A stretch of 64,000 bases of DNA from Christensenellaceae bacterium (GTDB lineage: Bacteria > Bacillota > Clostridia > Christensenellales > CALMFG01), in contig CAXXNY010000021.1 in the NCBI GenBank assembly GCA_963674805.2, positions 6,642-70,641 of the forward strand, given 5' to 3'. A program made the translations under genes and the position numbers. Positions 38,095 through 47,789 of the stretch are shown here, in pieces. The notes beneath the pieces are model-generated. The model was given only the letters and a program-made list of their open reading frames with translations, ran no database searches and had not been told where the DNA came from. Every line of letters starts with the position of its first letter. Positions within the stretch are counted from its first letter, which is position 1.

Positions 38095-39168
38095 ATGGGT
38101 AAAAAAATCAGATTAGGTTTGGTAGGTGTCGGGAACTGCGCGGCTTCGCTGGTGCAAGGGATACATTTTTATTCCGACAGCAAAGTGGCGGAGGAACAGG
38201 GCGGACTAATGCACTTTAATTTGGGCGGATACGAACCCTCAGACATCCAGGTGGTTGTCGGGTTTGATATCGATTCAAAAAAAATTGGCAAAGATGTCAG
38301 CGAAGCGGTTTTTGAATGGCCGAATTGTGCGTACAAAATCGGCGATGTGCCGTTTATGAATGCACCGGTGTTAAAAGGGCCGGTTCTGGACGGTGCACCG
38401 GACCATCTGCGCCATTATTACGGAAAAGATTATTTCACGGTTGATAATGACCATGAGCCGGTGGATGTTGCGAAAGCGCTGAAGGATTATGAGGTAGACG
38501 TGATTTTGATTAATCTGCCGACCGGTTCTTATGACGCGGCCAGATTTTATGTCGGCGAAGCCAAGAAGGCAAAATGCGGCGTCGTCAACGGCATTCCGGA
38601 ACTGCTTGCTAGCGACAAGAAGGTTGCGCAGGAATGTAAGGAAGCGGGCATTCCGATCCTCGGAGATGACTGGAAGAGCCAGATTGGCGCTACCATTGTT
38701 CACCGGACGCTGGCCAAACTGTTTGAAGACAGAGGTATTAATATCCGTAAGTCTTATCAGCTGAACTATGCGGGGAATACGGACTTTATCAACCTCGTGA
38801 TGAGAGGCGAAACCAAGCATGTGACCAAGCATGATGCGATCTCAAGCATTCTGAAAAAGGATACGCCGATTGCACCGGGATTTGCATTTGTTGATAACCA
38901 GGGCGACCAAAAAACCGCACGTATTATTATTGAAGGAAATAACTTCGGCGGCGCACCGGTCAGATTGCTGCTGCACCTCGAAGTGGAAGACTCACCGAAC
39001 TCCGGCGGGATCAGCATTGATGCCGTACGCTGCTGTAAGCTGGCGATGGACAGGGGAATAGCCGGTGCGATTGAAGCGCCGTCATCATACTTCTTCAAAC
39101 ATCCTCCGGTACAGTATCCGGATGACGAATGCCGCGAATTGTTAGAAGACTTTATCGCCGGTAAGTAA
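38095..39168 (+). CDS. myo-Inositol-1-phosphate synthase (MIPS/Ino1) family protein
   Basis: ATG at 38095 after AAAGGTGA. It matches actinobacterial/archaeal-type MIPS throughout: VGVGNCAASLVQG, GDDWKSQIGATIVHRTLAKLFEDRG, LEVEDSPNSGGISIDAVRC and a C-terminal PPVQYPDD. Confidence 0.85.
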   Translation: MGKKIRLGLVGVGNCAASLVQGIHFYSDSKVAEEQGGLMHFNLGGYEPSDIQVVVGFDIDSKKIGKDVSEAVFEWPNCAYKIGDVPFMNAPVLKGPVLDGAPDHLRHYYGKDYFTVDNDHEPVDVAKALKDYEVDVILINLPTGSYDAARFYVGEAKKAKCGVVNGIPELLASDKKVAQECKEAGIPILGDDWKSQIGATIVHRTLAKLFEDRGINIRKSYQLNYAGNTDFINLVMRGETKHVTKHDAISSILKKDTPIAPGFAFVDNQGDQKTARIIIEGNNFGGAPVRLLLHLEVEDSPNSGGISIDAVRCCKLAMDRGIAGAIEAPSSYFFKHPPVQYPDDECRELLEDFIAGK

Positions 39169-39205
39169 GGGAACAGACAGCCGATTATATGGAAGGGTTA
39201 TACGC

Positions 39206-40117
39206 ATGAAAAAGGGAAAAATGGACGTTGTGGTGATCGGGAACATTATCAATGAGACGATAAAATCCCCCACCGAAACCATCGGGCCGGTATTGGGCAG
39301 CCCGGCAGCATATTCAAGCCTCGTGATGTCCGCAGTAGGCACCCGGGTCGGATTGGTGTCTTATTACGGAACGGATACAAGCGAATGGCTGAGCCGCCAT
39401 CTTGCAAAGGTGGACCAGTCCGGGTTGATTTTACACGAACGCAGCACGACAAACTTCTTGCACTACCGCGAAGACGGTACGAAATTTGTTGAATACGTGT
39501 ATAAAGCGCCGTCCCTTTTTGCATCGGATTTACCAAGACCATATTTGGACTGTGACTATTTCTATATCTGCCCGATGGATTATGAAGTGGATATCAGCGT
39601 CAACAAAGTCCTGTTTGAAATGGGCAAGCAAATCGTTGTGGATTTAGGCGGATACGGCGGTGCGACTTCTAAAGACTATTATACGATCTTTGAGGAAACA
39701 GGCGACCGTATCCTGTCCGAGGTTGCAAAATACAGCACCATTATTAAGGCGAGCCGTGAAGATTTAACGCACATCGCACCCGATATGGATTTAAACAGCA
39801 TCTCGGATTATTTCTTTTCGAGGGGCGCAAAGACAATCGTTGTGACATTGGGGGAAGAAGGCTGTTATCTCAACGAGGCGGGACGTACGGAAGTCCGAAT
39901 CAAAGGCTTCAAATCGGACAATCCCCAAAATTTTACTGGTGCGGGAGACTCTTTCGGCGCCGGATTTATGGCAAGCCTGTGCCAGGATACTGATATTGAA
40001 AAAGCAATCCGGTTTGGCAATGCGGTTGCGTCCTTGGTCATTGAAAAAGCGGGCGGGTGTGTCAAAGAAAGAATGCCTGCGCTTAATAATGTAAAGAATC
40101 GGATGAATCAAGTGTAG
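39206..40117 (+). CDS. PfkB-family carbohydrate kinase
   Basis: 303 aa with the C-terminal TGAGDSFGAGFMASL motif. Confidence 0.8.
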   Translation: MKKGKMDVVVIGNIINETIKSPTETIGPVLGSPAAYSSLVMSAVGTRVGLVSYYGTDTSEWLSRHLAKVDQSGLILHERSTTNFLHYREDGTKFVEYVYKAPSLFASDLPRPYLDCDYFYICPMDYEVDISVNKVLFEMGKQIVVDLGGYGGATSKDYYTIFEETGDRILSEVAKYSTIIKASREDLTHIAPDMDLNSISDYFFSRGAKTIVVTLGEEGCYLNEAGRTEVRIKGFKSDNPQNFTGAGDSFGAGFMASLCQDTDIEKAIRFGNAVASLVIEKAGGCVKERMPALNNVKNRMNQV

Positions 40118-40134
40118 AAAGGAAGAGTTAAGAA

Positions 40135-41310
40135 ATGAAAAAAATTGGAGTTGGTATTGTTGGCAGCGGCTCTATTACCGAAATCGGGCATTGCCCATCA
40201 ATACAGGCATTACCGAATGCGGAACTGATTGCGCTGTGTGACACAAATCCGGAATTCCTTGAGTCTATGGCGAGAAAATGGGAGCCCAAACGCACCTATC
40301 TGGATTACCATCAAATGCTTGAAGACAAAGAAATTCAGGTAATCATCGTTGCCACACCGAACCGCTACCACGCACAGCAGGCGATTGACGCGATGCGCGC
40401 AAAGAAGCATGTAATCGTTGAAAAACCATTTGCCTGCACGCATGATGAAGCGTGGAAAATGGTAGACGTATGTAAAAAAGAAGGCGTATTTCTGATGGCG
40501 GGCACCAACCAGCGGTTCTGGGAACAGAACGTCATTGCACGTCAGCTGATTGATGACGGATATATCGGAAAGCCCATGATGGGCAGATCATCCCTGCACG
40601 AAGGCTGGGGGCTCTATCATGAACAGCTTTCTTTCACGAGATTCCGTGCAGCGCCTAATGAAGCGGGTGCCGGCGCGCTGTTTGACCTTGGCGCACACCG
40701 GGCTGACCTGCTGATTTACTTAATGAACAGCAAACCCAAACGCGTCATAGGTATCGTCAAACGGCTGGTCACACCGGCTGAATATACGACACTGGATGAC
40801 TCGTTCTGGATCATGATTGAGTTTGAGAACGGCGCAACCGGCGTAATCAGCGGTGACCGCTATTCGCCTGCTGTCTCGAATATCTCCGAAGTATACGGGA
40901 GCGAAGGCACGATTTTTACAGGATCAGAAGCCACGAACCCGTTCCAGTCTGCACCGCTTGCCGTTTTCACCAGCAAGGAATTCAAGCAGAGCGAACTGCC
41001 TGAAATCGTCAGAGAATACCGGTATCCGCAGCTTTTCTGGTCTGAAGATATCATGCAGCCGAGCGGGAAGGTGCCGAAACGCTGGGTACCAATCTATCCG
41101 AAACGCGGATGGGCGTATAAGGCGATGCTGGAACACTTCATCGATTGTGTGGAAAAAGACCGTGAACCGTCACTGACGCCGGAAATCAGTGCACTGGTAA
41201 CTGATGTATTGGTAGGCGCTTATCAGTCCATGCAGACTAATTCATGGGTGGACCTGCCGCTTAAAGAAAACTATATCGTTCCTTTATATTCAGCGCCTGA
41301 TGTAAAATAA
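40135..41310 (+). CDS. Gfo/Idh/MocA family oxidoreductase
   Basis: IGVGIVGSGSI Rossmann motif and VIVEKP. Confidence 0.85.
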   Translation: MKKIGVGIVGSGSITEIGHCPSIQALPNAELIALCDTNPEFLESMARKWEPKRTYLDYHQMLEDKEIQVIIVATPNRYHAQQAIDAMRAKKHVIVEKPFACTHDEAWKMVDVCKKEGVFLMAGTNQRFWEQNVIARQLIDDGYIGKPMMGRSSLHEGWGLYHEQLSFTRFRAAPNEAGAGALFDLGAHRADLLIYLMNSKPKRVIGIVKRLVTPAEYTTLDDSFWIMIEFENGATGVISGDRYSPAVSNISEVYGSEGTIFTGSEATNPFQSAPLAVFTSKEFKQSELPEIVREYRYPQLFWSEDIMQPSGKVPKRWVPIYPKRGWAYKAMLEHFIDCVEKDREPSLTPEISALVTDVLVGAYQSMQTNSWVDLPLKENYIVPLYSAPDVK

Positions 41311-41336
41311 TTATTTGATGAAAATCGGAGTCAAAA

Positions 41337-42014
41337 ATGAGACTAGATCGAAATGAAGTCATAACAAACATAAAGAAGAAGCTGATGGAAGAAAGCGAGT
41401 CGGTTTCCAATACGATTCAATACGTTGATAACGCTTTCTTTGAAGCGGTGAAGGCAATCATGAAATGCAAAGGGAAAGTGATTATCTCCGGTGTCGGAAA
41501 GTCAGGCCACGTCGGCAAAAAAATCGCCGCAAGCCTGTCATGCCTCGGTACGCCGTCGGTATTCATGCATGCCGATGAATCGCTTCACGGTGACATCGGG
41601 CTCGTGGAAGCAAAAGACGTGATTATCCTGATTTCCAACGGAGGGAAAACCGATGAAGTTTTAAAGATGATCCCGTCACTTAATATTCTGGGTCCAAAAA
41701 AGATTGCCATTACAAGCAGCAACAATTCGCCGCTTGCCAAGCTTTGCGATATATCGCTTTGCGTTAAGGTGGAGAGGGAAATTGACCATTTGAATTTAGC
41801 CCCGACAGCAAGCGCGCTTGCCGTGCTTGCTGTCGGCGATGCACTGGCGGTTACGGTTGCCGAGCTGAAAGAGTTTGACAGGCAGAGTTTTGCGGTAAGG
41901 CATCCGATGGGTTCTTTAGGCCAAAAGCTTCTCAAAGAATATGAGAGTGCAACAAAGAAAAAGGAACCCAAGCACCCGACGCATATAAAGGAAAAAGGCG
42001 TTATCGGGATGTAA
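41337..42014 (+). CDS. SIS-domain sugar-phosphate isomerase (KpsF/GutQ-like core without CBS domains)
   Basis: VIISGVGKSGHVGKKIAASLSCLGTPSVFMHADESLHGDIG. It is a single SIS domain with a Lys-rich C-terminal tail. Confidence 0.75.
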   Translation: MRLDRNEVITNIKKKLMEESESVSNTIQYVDNAFFEAVKAIMKCKGKVIISGVGKSGHVGKKIAASLSCLGTPSVFMHADESLHGDIGLVEAKDVIILISNGGKTDEVLKMIPSLNILGPKKIAITSSNNSPLAKLCDISLCVKVEREIDHLNLAPTASALAVLAVGDALAVTVAELKEFDRQSFAVRHPMGSLGQKLLKEYESATKKKEPKHPTHIKEKGVIGM

Positions 42015-42287
42015 CCGGGTATAATTTAAATACCTGTACAGCAAAAACAACAAACGCGTTACTTTACCGATCACCAAGACTGCGGGATTCCCCATAAAAA
42101 CGGATATTGCGCATTGAACACATCAGATATTCCATAAGCCGCTTGAATACTGACATATGGGTTTCGTTTCCTATCATATGGATGACTTTGAAAAAAGCGG
42201 CAAGCGCGGAACAAGAATCACCTCAATAAATTGTGATCCGAATAAAGCGCTGTAACATAAGAAATTCTGAAGGGAATACGACGGGCA

Positions 42288-42938
42288 ATGTCTTTTTTTA
42301 AAGGGAGGTATCAATGTGTGATCTTTGATTTGGATGGCGTTATCGTAGACAGCGAACCCATTCATATGGAGGTCATGAATGCGGTATGCCGACAATGGGG
42401 AGAGCCGCACACTTGGGAAGCGTATACGGCTTATATCGGAAAAAACGACCGGAGAATCTGGACCGAAGTGCGTGAACGGTATCGCGTTGAAATTGCGGTT
42501 GACACGCTGATTAAGCAGTATACGGATAAACTAACCGCGTATTTTACATCACAAAAAGAGATTGCGATCGTAAAGGACATCGGTAATCTGCTGAAGGCGC
42601 TTAAGGCTGAGGGCATCACATGCGCGATTGCATCAGCGTCGTCCAAAAAGAACATCAGTCTGGTGCTGGATCACCTGCCGGAAAAGGGTGCTTTCAGCGT
42701 GATTGCCAGCGGAGATGATGTGGACAGGGGAAAGCCGGCGCCGGATATCTATCTGTATGCAGCCAGCCTGCTTGGGGTTGATCCGGGCGAGTGTGCGGCA
42801 ATTGAGGACACGCAAAAAGGTGTTCAGGCAGCAGTGAGTGCCGGCATGTTCTGCGTTGGGTTCATTAACCAGACATCCGGCGACCAAAATTTATCCATAG
42901 CGGATATAACGGTCAGCACAATTTCTGAGTTATTATAA
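42288..42938 (+). CDS. HAD-superfamily hydrolase (beta-phosphoglucomutase/phosphatase subfamily IA)
   Basis: Motif I is FDLDGVIVDS. AIASASS, GDDVDRGKPAPD and IEDTQKGVQAA are also present. An in-frame GTG at 42318, 9 nt after GGGAGG, may be the true start. Confidence 0.8.
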   Translation: MSFFKGRYQCVIFDLDGVIVDSEPIHMEVMNAVCRQWGEPHTWEAYTAYIGKNDRRIWTEVRERYRVEIAVDTLIKQYTDKLTAYFTSQKEIAIVKDIGNLLKALKAEGITCAIASASSKKNISLVLDHLPEKGAFSVIASGDDVDRGKPAPDIYLYAASLLGVDPGECAAIEDTQKGVQAAVSAGMFCVGFINQTSGDQNLSIADITVSTISELL

Positions 42939-43018
42939 TTAATACAAAACAGTCTGAGCCGGGGCAGCCTTGAACCGGCCGTTCCCCGGCAGACTGATAT
43001 CAACCATCTTTCTTCCTT

Positions 43019-43047
43019 TAAACCTGCGCAGCCGCAGGTTTTTTTAT
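43019..43047 (+). terminator. Rho-independent terminator ending the IclR-associated operon
   Basis: AACCTGCG-CAGC-CGCAGGTT followed by TTTTTT. A longer GC-rich hairpin (42951-42996) precedes it. Confidence 0.75.
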
Positions 43048-43296
43048 ATCGCTTTTTATCGCGTGAGGCACACAAATACATTGAGCAATGGGGCGTACAA
43101 ATCATATTTGCGCCTTTAACCGTATAAAAACTGAACAATGTCTACCATATCGTAAAAACGCTTACTACTCGAAAAAAACCAGAGAAATATAATTTATGGT
43201 AGGACTTCTATTTGATAAGGCCAGTTTTTTATAACCAAGATTTCAGAACACAATCCAATAAAAAACAGATAAAAGCAGGAAAGGATAAACAACCAT

Positions 43297-44343
43297 ATGA
43301 AAGCGATAGTGATTAAAGGACCCAGCATTGTTGATTATGAAGAAGTTGAAGTAAAAAAGCCACAGGAAGGCGAAGCGCTGATTAAGATTGAATCAGTAGG
43401 GCTTTGCGGTACAGACTATGAACTATACACCAACGAAATGGTGTATATACAGGAAGGCTTATGCAAACTGCCAATGATCCCGGGCCATGAGTGGTCGGGC
43501 GTCATCGTGGAAGCCGGGGATAACGCAGACGGGTTTAAGGTCGGTGATAAAGTGTCGGGCGAATGCACGGTCAGCTGCGGCAAATGCAGTTTCTGCAAAA
43601 AAGGCCAGTATGACATGTGCCCCAACCGAACCGAGACGGGCGTCCTGAGCCGGGACGGCGCTTTTGCTGAGTATATAACATTCCCGTTTTCACACTTGCA
43701 TAAGTTTGACAACATTGCATTTGACGAAGCGGCACTGATTGAACCGACAGCGGTTGCTTTGCAGGTTGTGTTAAGAGCGCATACCAAACCGATGGAAAAC
43801 GTGCTGGTGATTGGACCAGGCCCGATCGGGCTGCAGGCCGCGCAGATTGTAAAGAAGTTTTTCTCTCCGCGGCATGTGATTTTATCCGGCACTCGGCAGG
43901 AACGACTGGACAGGGCCAAAGGTTTTGATCTGGACGGGTATATTAATGTAAAAGAGGAAGACCTGGCGACCCGCGTCAGGGAGATTACAAACGGGGAAAT
44001 GATCGATACGGTGATTGAGTCTTCCGGCGGATTAAGTGTATTCGAGGATATTGAAAAAGTAATCAATCCATACGGAAAAGTCGGCATGGTTGGTTTTTTC
44101 GGTTTAAAGCAGCCGCCGTGCAATTGGGATGCATTCGTCACCAAGAATGTAACCATGTATGGTTCGCTGGGCAGTCCTAATGTATGGCCGGATGTCATCA
44201 AGCTGATGGAAACAGGCGAATTGACCACTGACCATCTGATATCGCATGTGATGCCGTTAAAGAGCCTGGAAGATTATATGAAGGCCATGAATACGATGGT
44301 TGAGCGGCGGGAAAATGTCTGCAAAATCATCATGAAACCATAA
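43297..44343 (+). CDS. Zinc-dependent medium-chain alcohol/polyol dehydrogenase (sorbitol/threonine dehydrogenase-like)
   Basis: GHEWSGVIVEAG, a structural-Zn Cys cluster (CGKCSFCKKGQYDMC) and GPGPIGL NAD motifs. Confidence 0.85.
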   Translation: MKAIVIKGPSIVDYEEVEVKKPQEGEALIKIESVGLCGTDYELYTNEMVYIQEGLCKLPMIPGHEWSGVIVEAGDNADGFKVGDKVSGECTVSCGKCSFCKKGQYDMCPNRTETGVLSRDGAFAEYITFPFSHLHKFDNIAFDEAALIEPTAVALQVVLRAHTKPMENVLVIGPGPIGLQAAQIVKKFFSPRHVILSGTRQERLDRAKGFDLDGYINVKEEDLATRVREITNGEMIDTVIESSGGLSVFEDIEKVINPYGKVGMVGFFGLKQPPCNWDAFVTKNVTMYGSLGSPNVWPDVIKLMETGELTTDHLISHVMPLKSLEDYMKAMNTMVERRENVCKIIMKP

Positions 44344-44355
44344 GGGAGAAACACG

Positions 44356-44994
44356 ATGAAAAAAATAATCGATTTATCCTATCCGATTACGCACCAGATG
44401 CCGGTGTTTCCGGCAGATCCGGCGGTGGGTATACTGCGCCATCATAATTATCAAAACGGATATTTTGTCAGCCAGATTATAATGGGGACGCATACGGGGA
44501 CGCATATTGATGTGCCGATTCATAAGATCAGCGGCGGAAAGCCGGTTGATGAAGTGGCGATTGACCGTTTCACCGGCAGGGCCTTTGTAATGGATCTGAC
44601 GGGATTAGCGCCGTTGGAAGAAATTCATGCGGAGACACTGGACCGGTTTGAAGCGGACGTTGCGGATGTTGAGGCGGTGATATTGAAAACCGGATGGGGC
44701 AGCCACTTCGGCAAAGAGGATTTCTTTACGTCTTTCCCCGGGCTTTCGGAGTCCGGTGTTGCGTGGCTCATTGCACATGGGATCCGCCTGATCGGACTGG
44801 AGACGCCGTCGGTTAATGCAATCAAACACCAGGAGATTCACACGCTGTTGTTAGAAAAAGAAGTGGCGATAGTGGAAAGCCTTGCGAATGTAAAAGCGCT
44901 TGACATGAAGTATGCGGATTTCTTTGCGGTGCCGTTAAAGCTGAAAGGGCTGGACGGCTCGCCGGTCAGGGCATTTGCCATAGCGGAGAGCTGA
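44356..44994 (+). CDS. Cyclase-family protein (kynurenine-formamidase-like metal hydrolase)
   Basis: HTGTHIDVPIH motif in a protein of about 212 aa. Confidence 0.7.
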   Translation: MKKIIDLSYPITHQMPVFPADPAVGILRHHNYQNGYFVSQIIMGTHTGTHIDVPIHKISGGKPVDEVAIDRFTGRAFVMDLTGLAPLEEIHAETLDRFEADVADVEAVILKTGWGSHFGKEDFFTSFPGLSESGVAWLIAHGIRLIGLETPSVNAIKHQEIHTLLLEKEVAIVESLANVKALDMKYADFFAVPLKLKGLDGSPVRAFAIAES

Positions 44995-45008
44995 AGTGTT
45001 TTTGATTA

Positions 45009-45056
45009 AGACAATTGCTTTGAGTTTGCGGCTCAGAGCAATTGTCTGGTCTTTTA
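45009..45056 (+). terminator. Rho-independent terminator
   Basis: A 16-bp stem AGACAATTGCTTTGAG / CTCAGAGCAATTGTCT (one mismatch) followed by GGTCTTTT. Confidence 0.65.
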
Positions 45057-45250
45057 TATAAGCGGATTAACAGGCGTCAGGTTAAGGATGAGAAAAAGAT
45101 GAATCGGCACCGGAAGCGTGCTTTTTTTGTATGAAGCATGGTTATGGTTGCGTGATTATGCCAGCCAACCGCACAGCGGTATGTGAAACCTTGTTTCAAT
45201 CGTTTGGGAAATAGCATATAATACGTCTATAAGATGAATGGAGAAAAAAG

Positions 45251-46228
45251 ATGCAGAATCGGAGATCCAATAAACAAAAGCCAAGACGCAGTGTTTTTTC
45301 GATAATTGAGAATACGGTTTTAGTTGGGTTGTTCCTTTTAGTGGTTTATATGCTGAATCATTTTATGTTTACCGTTCCGATTATCGCGAATGTGCTCCAG
45401 GGGCTGGCTATGATATCTGTGATGGCTTATGCCGAAGGAATCGTATTGGCAGTAGGGGGCATTGATTTTTCTGTGGCACGGAACGGACTGCTCTCGGCAA
45501 GCATCATCTATTATATATTGGAAATGAATATCGCCGGAGGCTTTTTGGCTGTAGTTATTGCGCTGACGGTCAGCATGCTGCTTGGGCTGGTAAACGGAAT
45601 ATTCGTCGCCAAAATTAAAGTCCAGCCGATTATTGCAACACTGGGCACGACGCTGTTTATGCGGGGTATCACCGGAGCAATATCCAACAACATCGTTATT
45701 TTCGGGACCAATCCGGAGCTTGCGTTTTTAAAACAGATTACCTTTGGCGTTCTGCCGGTTTCATTTTATGTTGCGTTTGCGATTCTGCTAGGCTGTTACT
45801 TCGTATTTCAATACACGATTATCGGACGGCAGGTCTTTGCGGTCGGCGGAGATGAGCGCAGTGCTGCATTAAGCGGACTGAACGTTGAAACCATTAAGCT
45901 GTTTGCCTATATGGCTGCAGGCGGGATTGCCGGACTCGGCGGGTTGATGATTGTAGCGGACAGCACGATCGCCGCGCGCTTTTATGCCAGCGGTCCGGAA
46001 CTGGCGCTTATATTTGTTGCGGTTATCGGCGGCATCTCCATGTATGACGGCTCGCGGATATTCTTTCGAATCTTTATCGGGTCAGGCATCTTGGCGTTTA
46101 TCAATCAGCTGATCTATACCGTTTATGCGGTCAACTACATGCGCGCGATTATCATCGGTGTATTATTTATGCTGATGGTTGCGGTCAGAAAGAACCTTTT
46201 TAGAGGCGGTAAAGGAGACGATACCTAA
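45251..46228 (+). CDS. Orphan CUT2-family ABC transporter permease
   Basis: RbsC-like polytopic protein (IDFSVA, FAVGGDERSAALSGLNV). No adjacent ATPase or binding-protein gene, and hairpins on both sides. Confidence 0.8.
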   Translation: MQNRRSNKQKPRRSVFSIIENTVLVGLFLLVVYMLNHFMFTVPIIANVLQGLAMISVMAYAEGIVLAVGGIDFSVARNGLLSASIIYYILEMNIAGGFLAVVIALTVSMLLGLVNGIFVAKIKVQPIIATLGTTLFMRGITGAISNNIVIFGTNPELAFLKQITFGVLPVSFYVAFAILLGCYFVFQYTIIGRQVFAVGGDERSAALSGLNVETIKLFAYMAAGGIAGLGGLMIVADSTIAARFYASGPELALIFVAVIGGISMYDGSRIFFRIFIGSGILAFINQLIYTVYAVNYMRAIIIGVLFMLMVAVRKNLFRGGKGDDT

Positions 46229-46312
46229 GAAAAACGAGAAAAATCACGCATTTTAAATGCTTAAAATTGTCCACTTTATATAAATCTAGACGCATTGTGA
46301 GATTTTCGGCTT

Positions 46313-46376
46313 AAAACTACAATGTAACAGTAAGACGAGGGATTATGAGTTTACTGCTGCACTGTAGTTTTTTTGT
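46313..46376 (+). terminator. Terminator or leader attenuator hairpin
   Basis: AAAACTACA ... TGTAGTTTT outer stem, with an inner CAGTAA/TTACTG stem, followed by TTTTT. It ends only about 30 nt before the GTG start at 46407. Confidence 0.55.
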
Positions 46377-46406
46377 TTGCTTAAGCAGGTTTAGCGGAGG
46401 GTTACC

Positions 46407-47333
46407 GTGGATGATAAAAAGCAAACCGTTCAAAACAGAAAGCATCTGCTGGCAGGCGTTTTCCCTTCCATTACGACTCCTTTTGTCAATGACAAGATCA
46501 GTATCAAACATCTGAAAGAAAACATAGAGCGATATAACAGGATTGAACTCGGCGGGTATATGATCCTCGGCGGAAACGGGGAGTACCTGGGATTAACCGA
46601 AAAAGAAACCATGACAGTGGTGAAGACCATCATGCGCTGCAGGAAGCCAGGCAGAACGGTTGTCGCCGGCGCAGGCAGGGAATCCGCGACGGCAACACTG
46701 GCGGTCATCAGGGCAGTGGCAAAATACGGCGTCGATGTAGCCAGTATCATTACACCGTTCTACTATGCCAAGCGTATGACGGATACAAATCTGGCGGAAT
46801 ACTTTGAACATATTGCCGACAAATCGCCGATTCCGATTATCATCTATAATTCGCCGGTTTTTGCGGCCGGCCTGGAGCTTTCCGAAACGGTGATCAAGCG
46901 ACTGTCAGGACATGAAAATATCATCGGCATGAAGAATTCATCGCTTAAGCCGATGGAAGCATACATCAAAGAAGTGGACGAAAACTGTGATTTCTGCTTT
47001 CACTCCGGCAAGGCCTCAAACTTCCTGCATGATCTGCAGCAGGGCGCCGTCGGAGCAACGCTGTCCATGGCGATCTATGCGCCGCAGTTGTGCGCAGATC
47101 TTTATCAGAGTTTTACGGCAGGCGATATGGAAGCAGCGCAAGCACTAAACAAGCGCGTACTGGAACTGAATCAAAAGGGCCCGTCTCAGTACGGTGTCCC
47201 GGGTGTAAAAGCCGCGCTGGATATCATCGGTTATTTCGGCGGGGATGTCAGGTTGCCGTTGAAGAATATAACCGGACAGGAAAAGCAGGACTTAACTCAT
47301 ATATTTAAAATACGCAAGAAGGCAGGAAGATGA
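46407..47333 (+). CDS. DHDPS/NanA-family class I aldolase/lyase, paralog 1
   Basis: GTG start 5 nt after GGAGGG. It has GGNGEY, IIYNSP and a Schiff-base Lys motif (IGMKNSS). Confidence 0.8.
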   Translation: MDDKKQTVQNRKHLLAGVFPSITTPFVNDKISIKHLKENIERYNRIELGGYMILGGNGEYLGLTEKETMTVVKTIMRCRKPGRTVVAGAGRESATATLAVIRAVAKYGVDVASIITPFYYAKRMTDTNLAEYFEHIADKSPIPIIIYNSPVFAAGLELSETVIKRLSGHENIIGMKNSSLKPMEAYIKEVDENCDFCFHSGKASNFLHDLQQGAVGATLSMAIYAPQLCADLYQSFTAGDMEAAQALNKRVLELNQKGPSQYGVPGVKAALDIIGYFGGDVRLPLKNITGQEKQDLTHIFKIRKKAGR

Positions 47334-47788
47334 TGAAGATTTCAATCGGGTGCGACGAACTCGGCATTGATTTAAAAAATAAAATTATCGAAATGTTCAG
47401 CAAAAAAGGGCATGAGTTTGAAGATGTGGGCACGTTCGACGGAAGCAACACCAATTACCCGACAATCGCATACCGTGCGGTCAAGATGATGACGGAAGGC
47501 GACTGCGACCGGACGATTTTAATCTGCGGCACAGGTATCGGAATGGCGCTTGCTGCGAATAAGATTGAAGGCGCATACGCTGCGGTATGCCATGATATCT
47601 ATTCCACACAGCGCAGTATCTTAAGCAACAACGGCAACGTCATGTGCATGGGTGCGCTGGTGATCGGGCCTAAAACCGCGGAAACGCTGGTGGATATCTG
47701 GCTGAATTTGGAGTTTGACCCGCAGAGCCGGTCGATGCCGAAAGTGAAAGAAATATACGAAATAGAACATAAGAGATTTGGAGCATAA
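47330..47788 (+). CDS. RpiB/LacA/LacB-family sugar-phosphate isomerase, second copy
   Basis: IGCDELG, ILICGTGIGMALAANK. Confidence 0.85.
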   Translation: MMKISIGCDELGIDLKNKIIEMFSKKGHEFEDVGTFDGSNTNYPTIAYRAVKMMTEGDCDRTILICGTGIGMALAANKIEGAYAAVCHDIYSTQRSILSNNGNVMCMGALVIGPKTAETLVDIWLNLEFDPQSRSMPKVKEIYEIEHKRFGA

Positions 47789-47789
47789 C

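Noticed and set aside
43416-44228. 270-aa ORF on the minus strand.
   Set aside because: It is antisense to the zinc-dependent dehydrogenase gene. The translation is Ser/Pro/Thr-rich and low in complexity, with no recognisable motifs.
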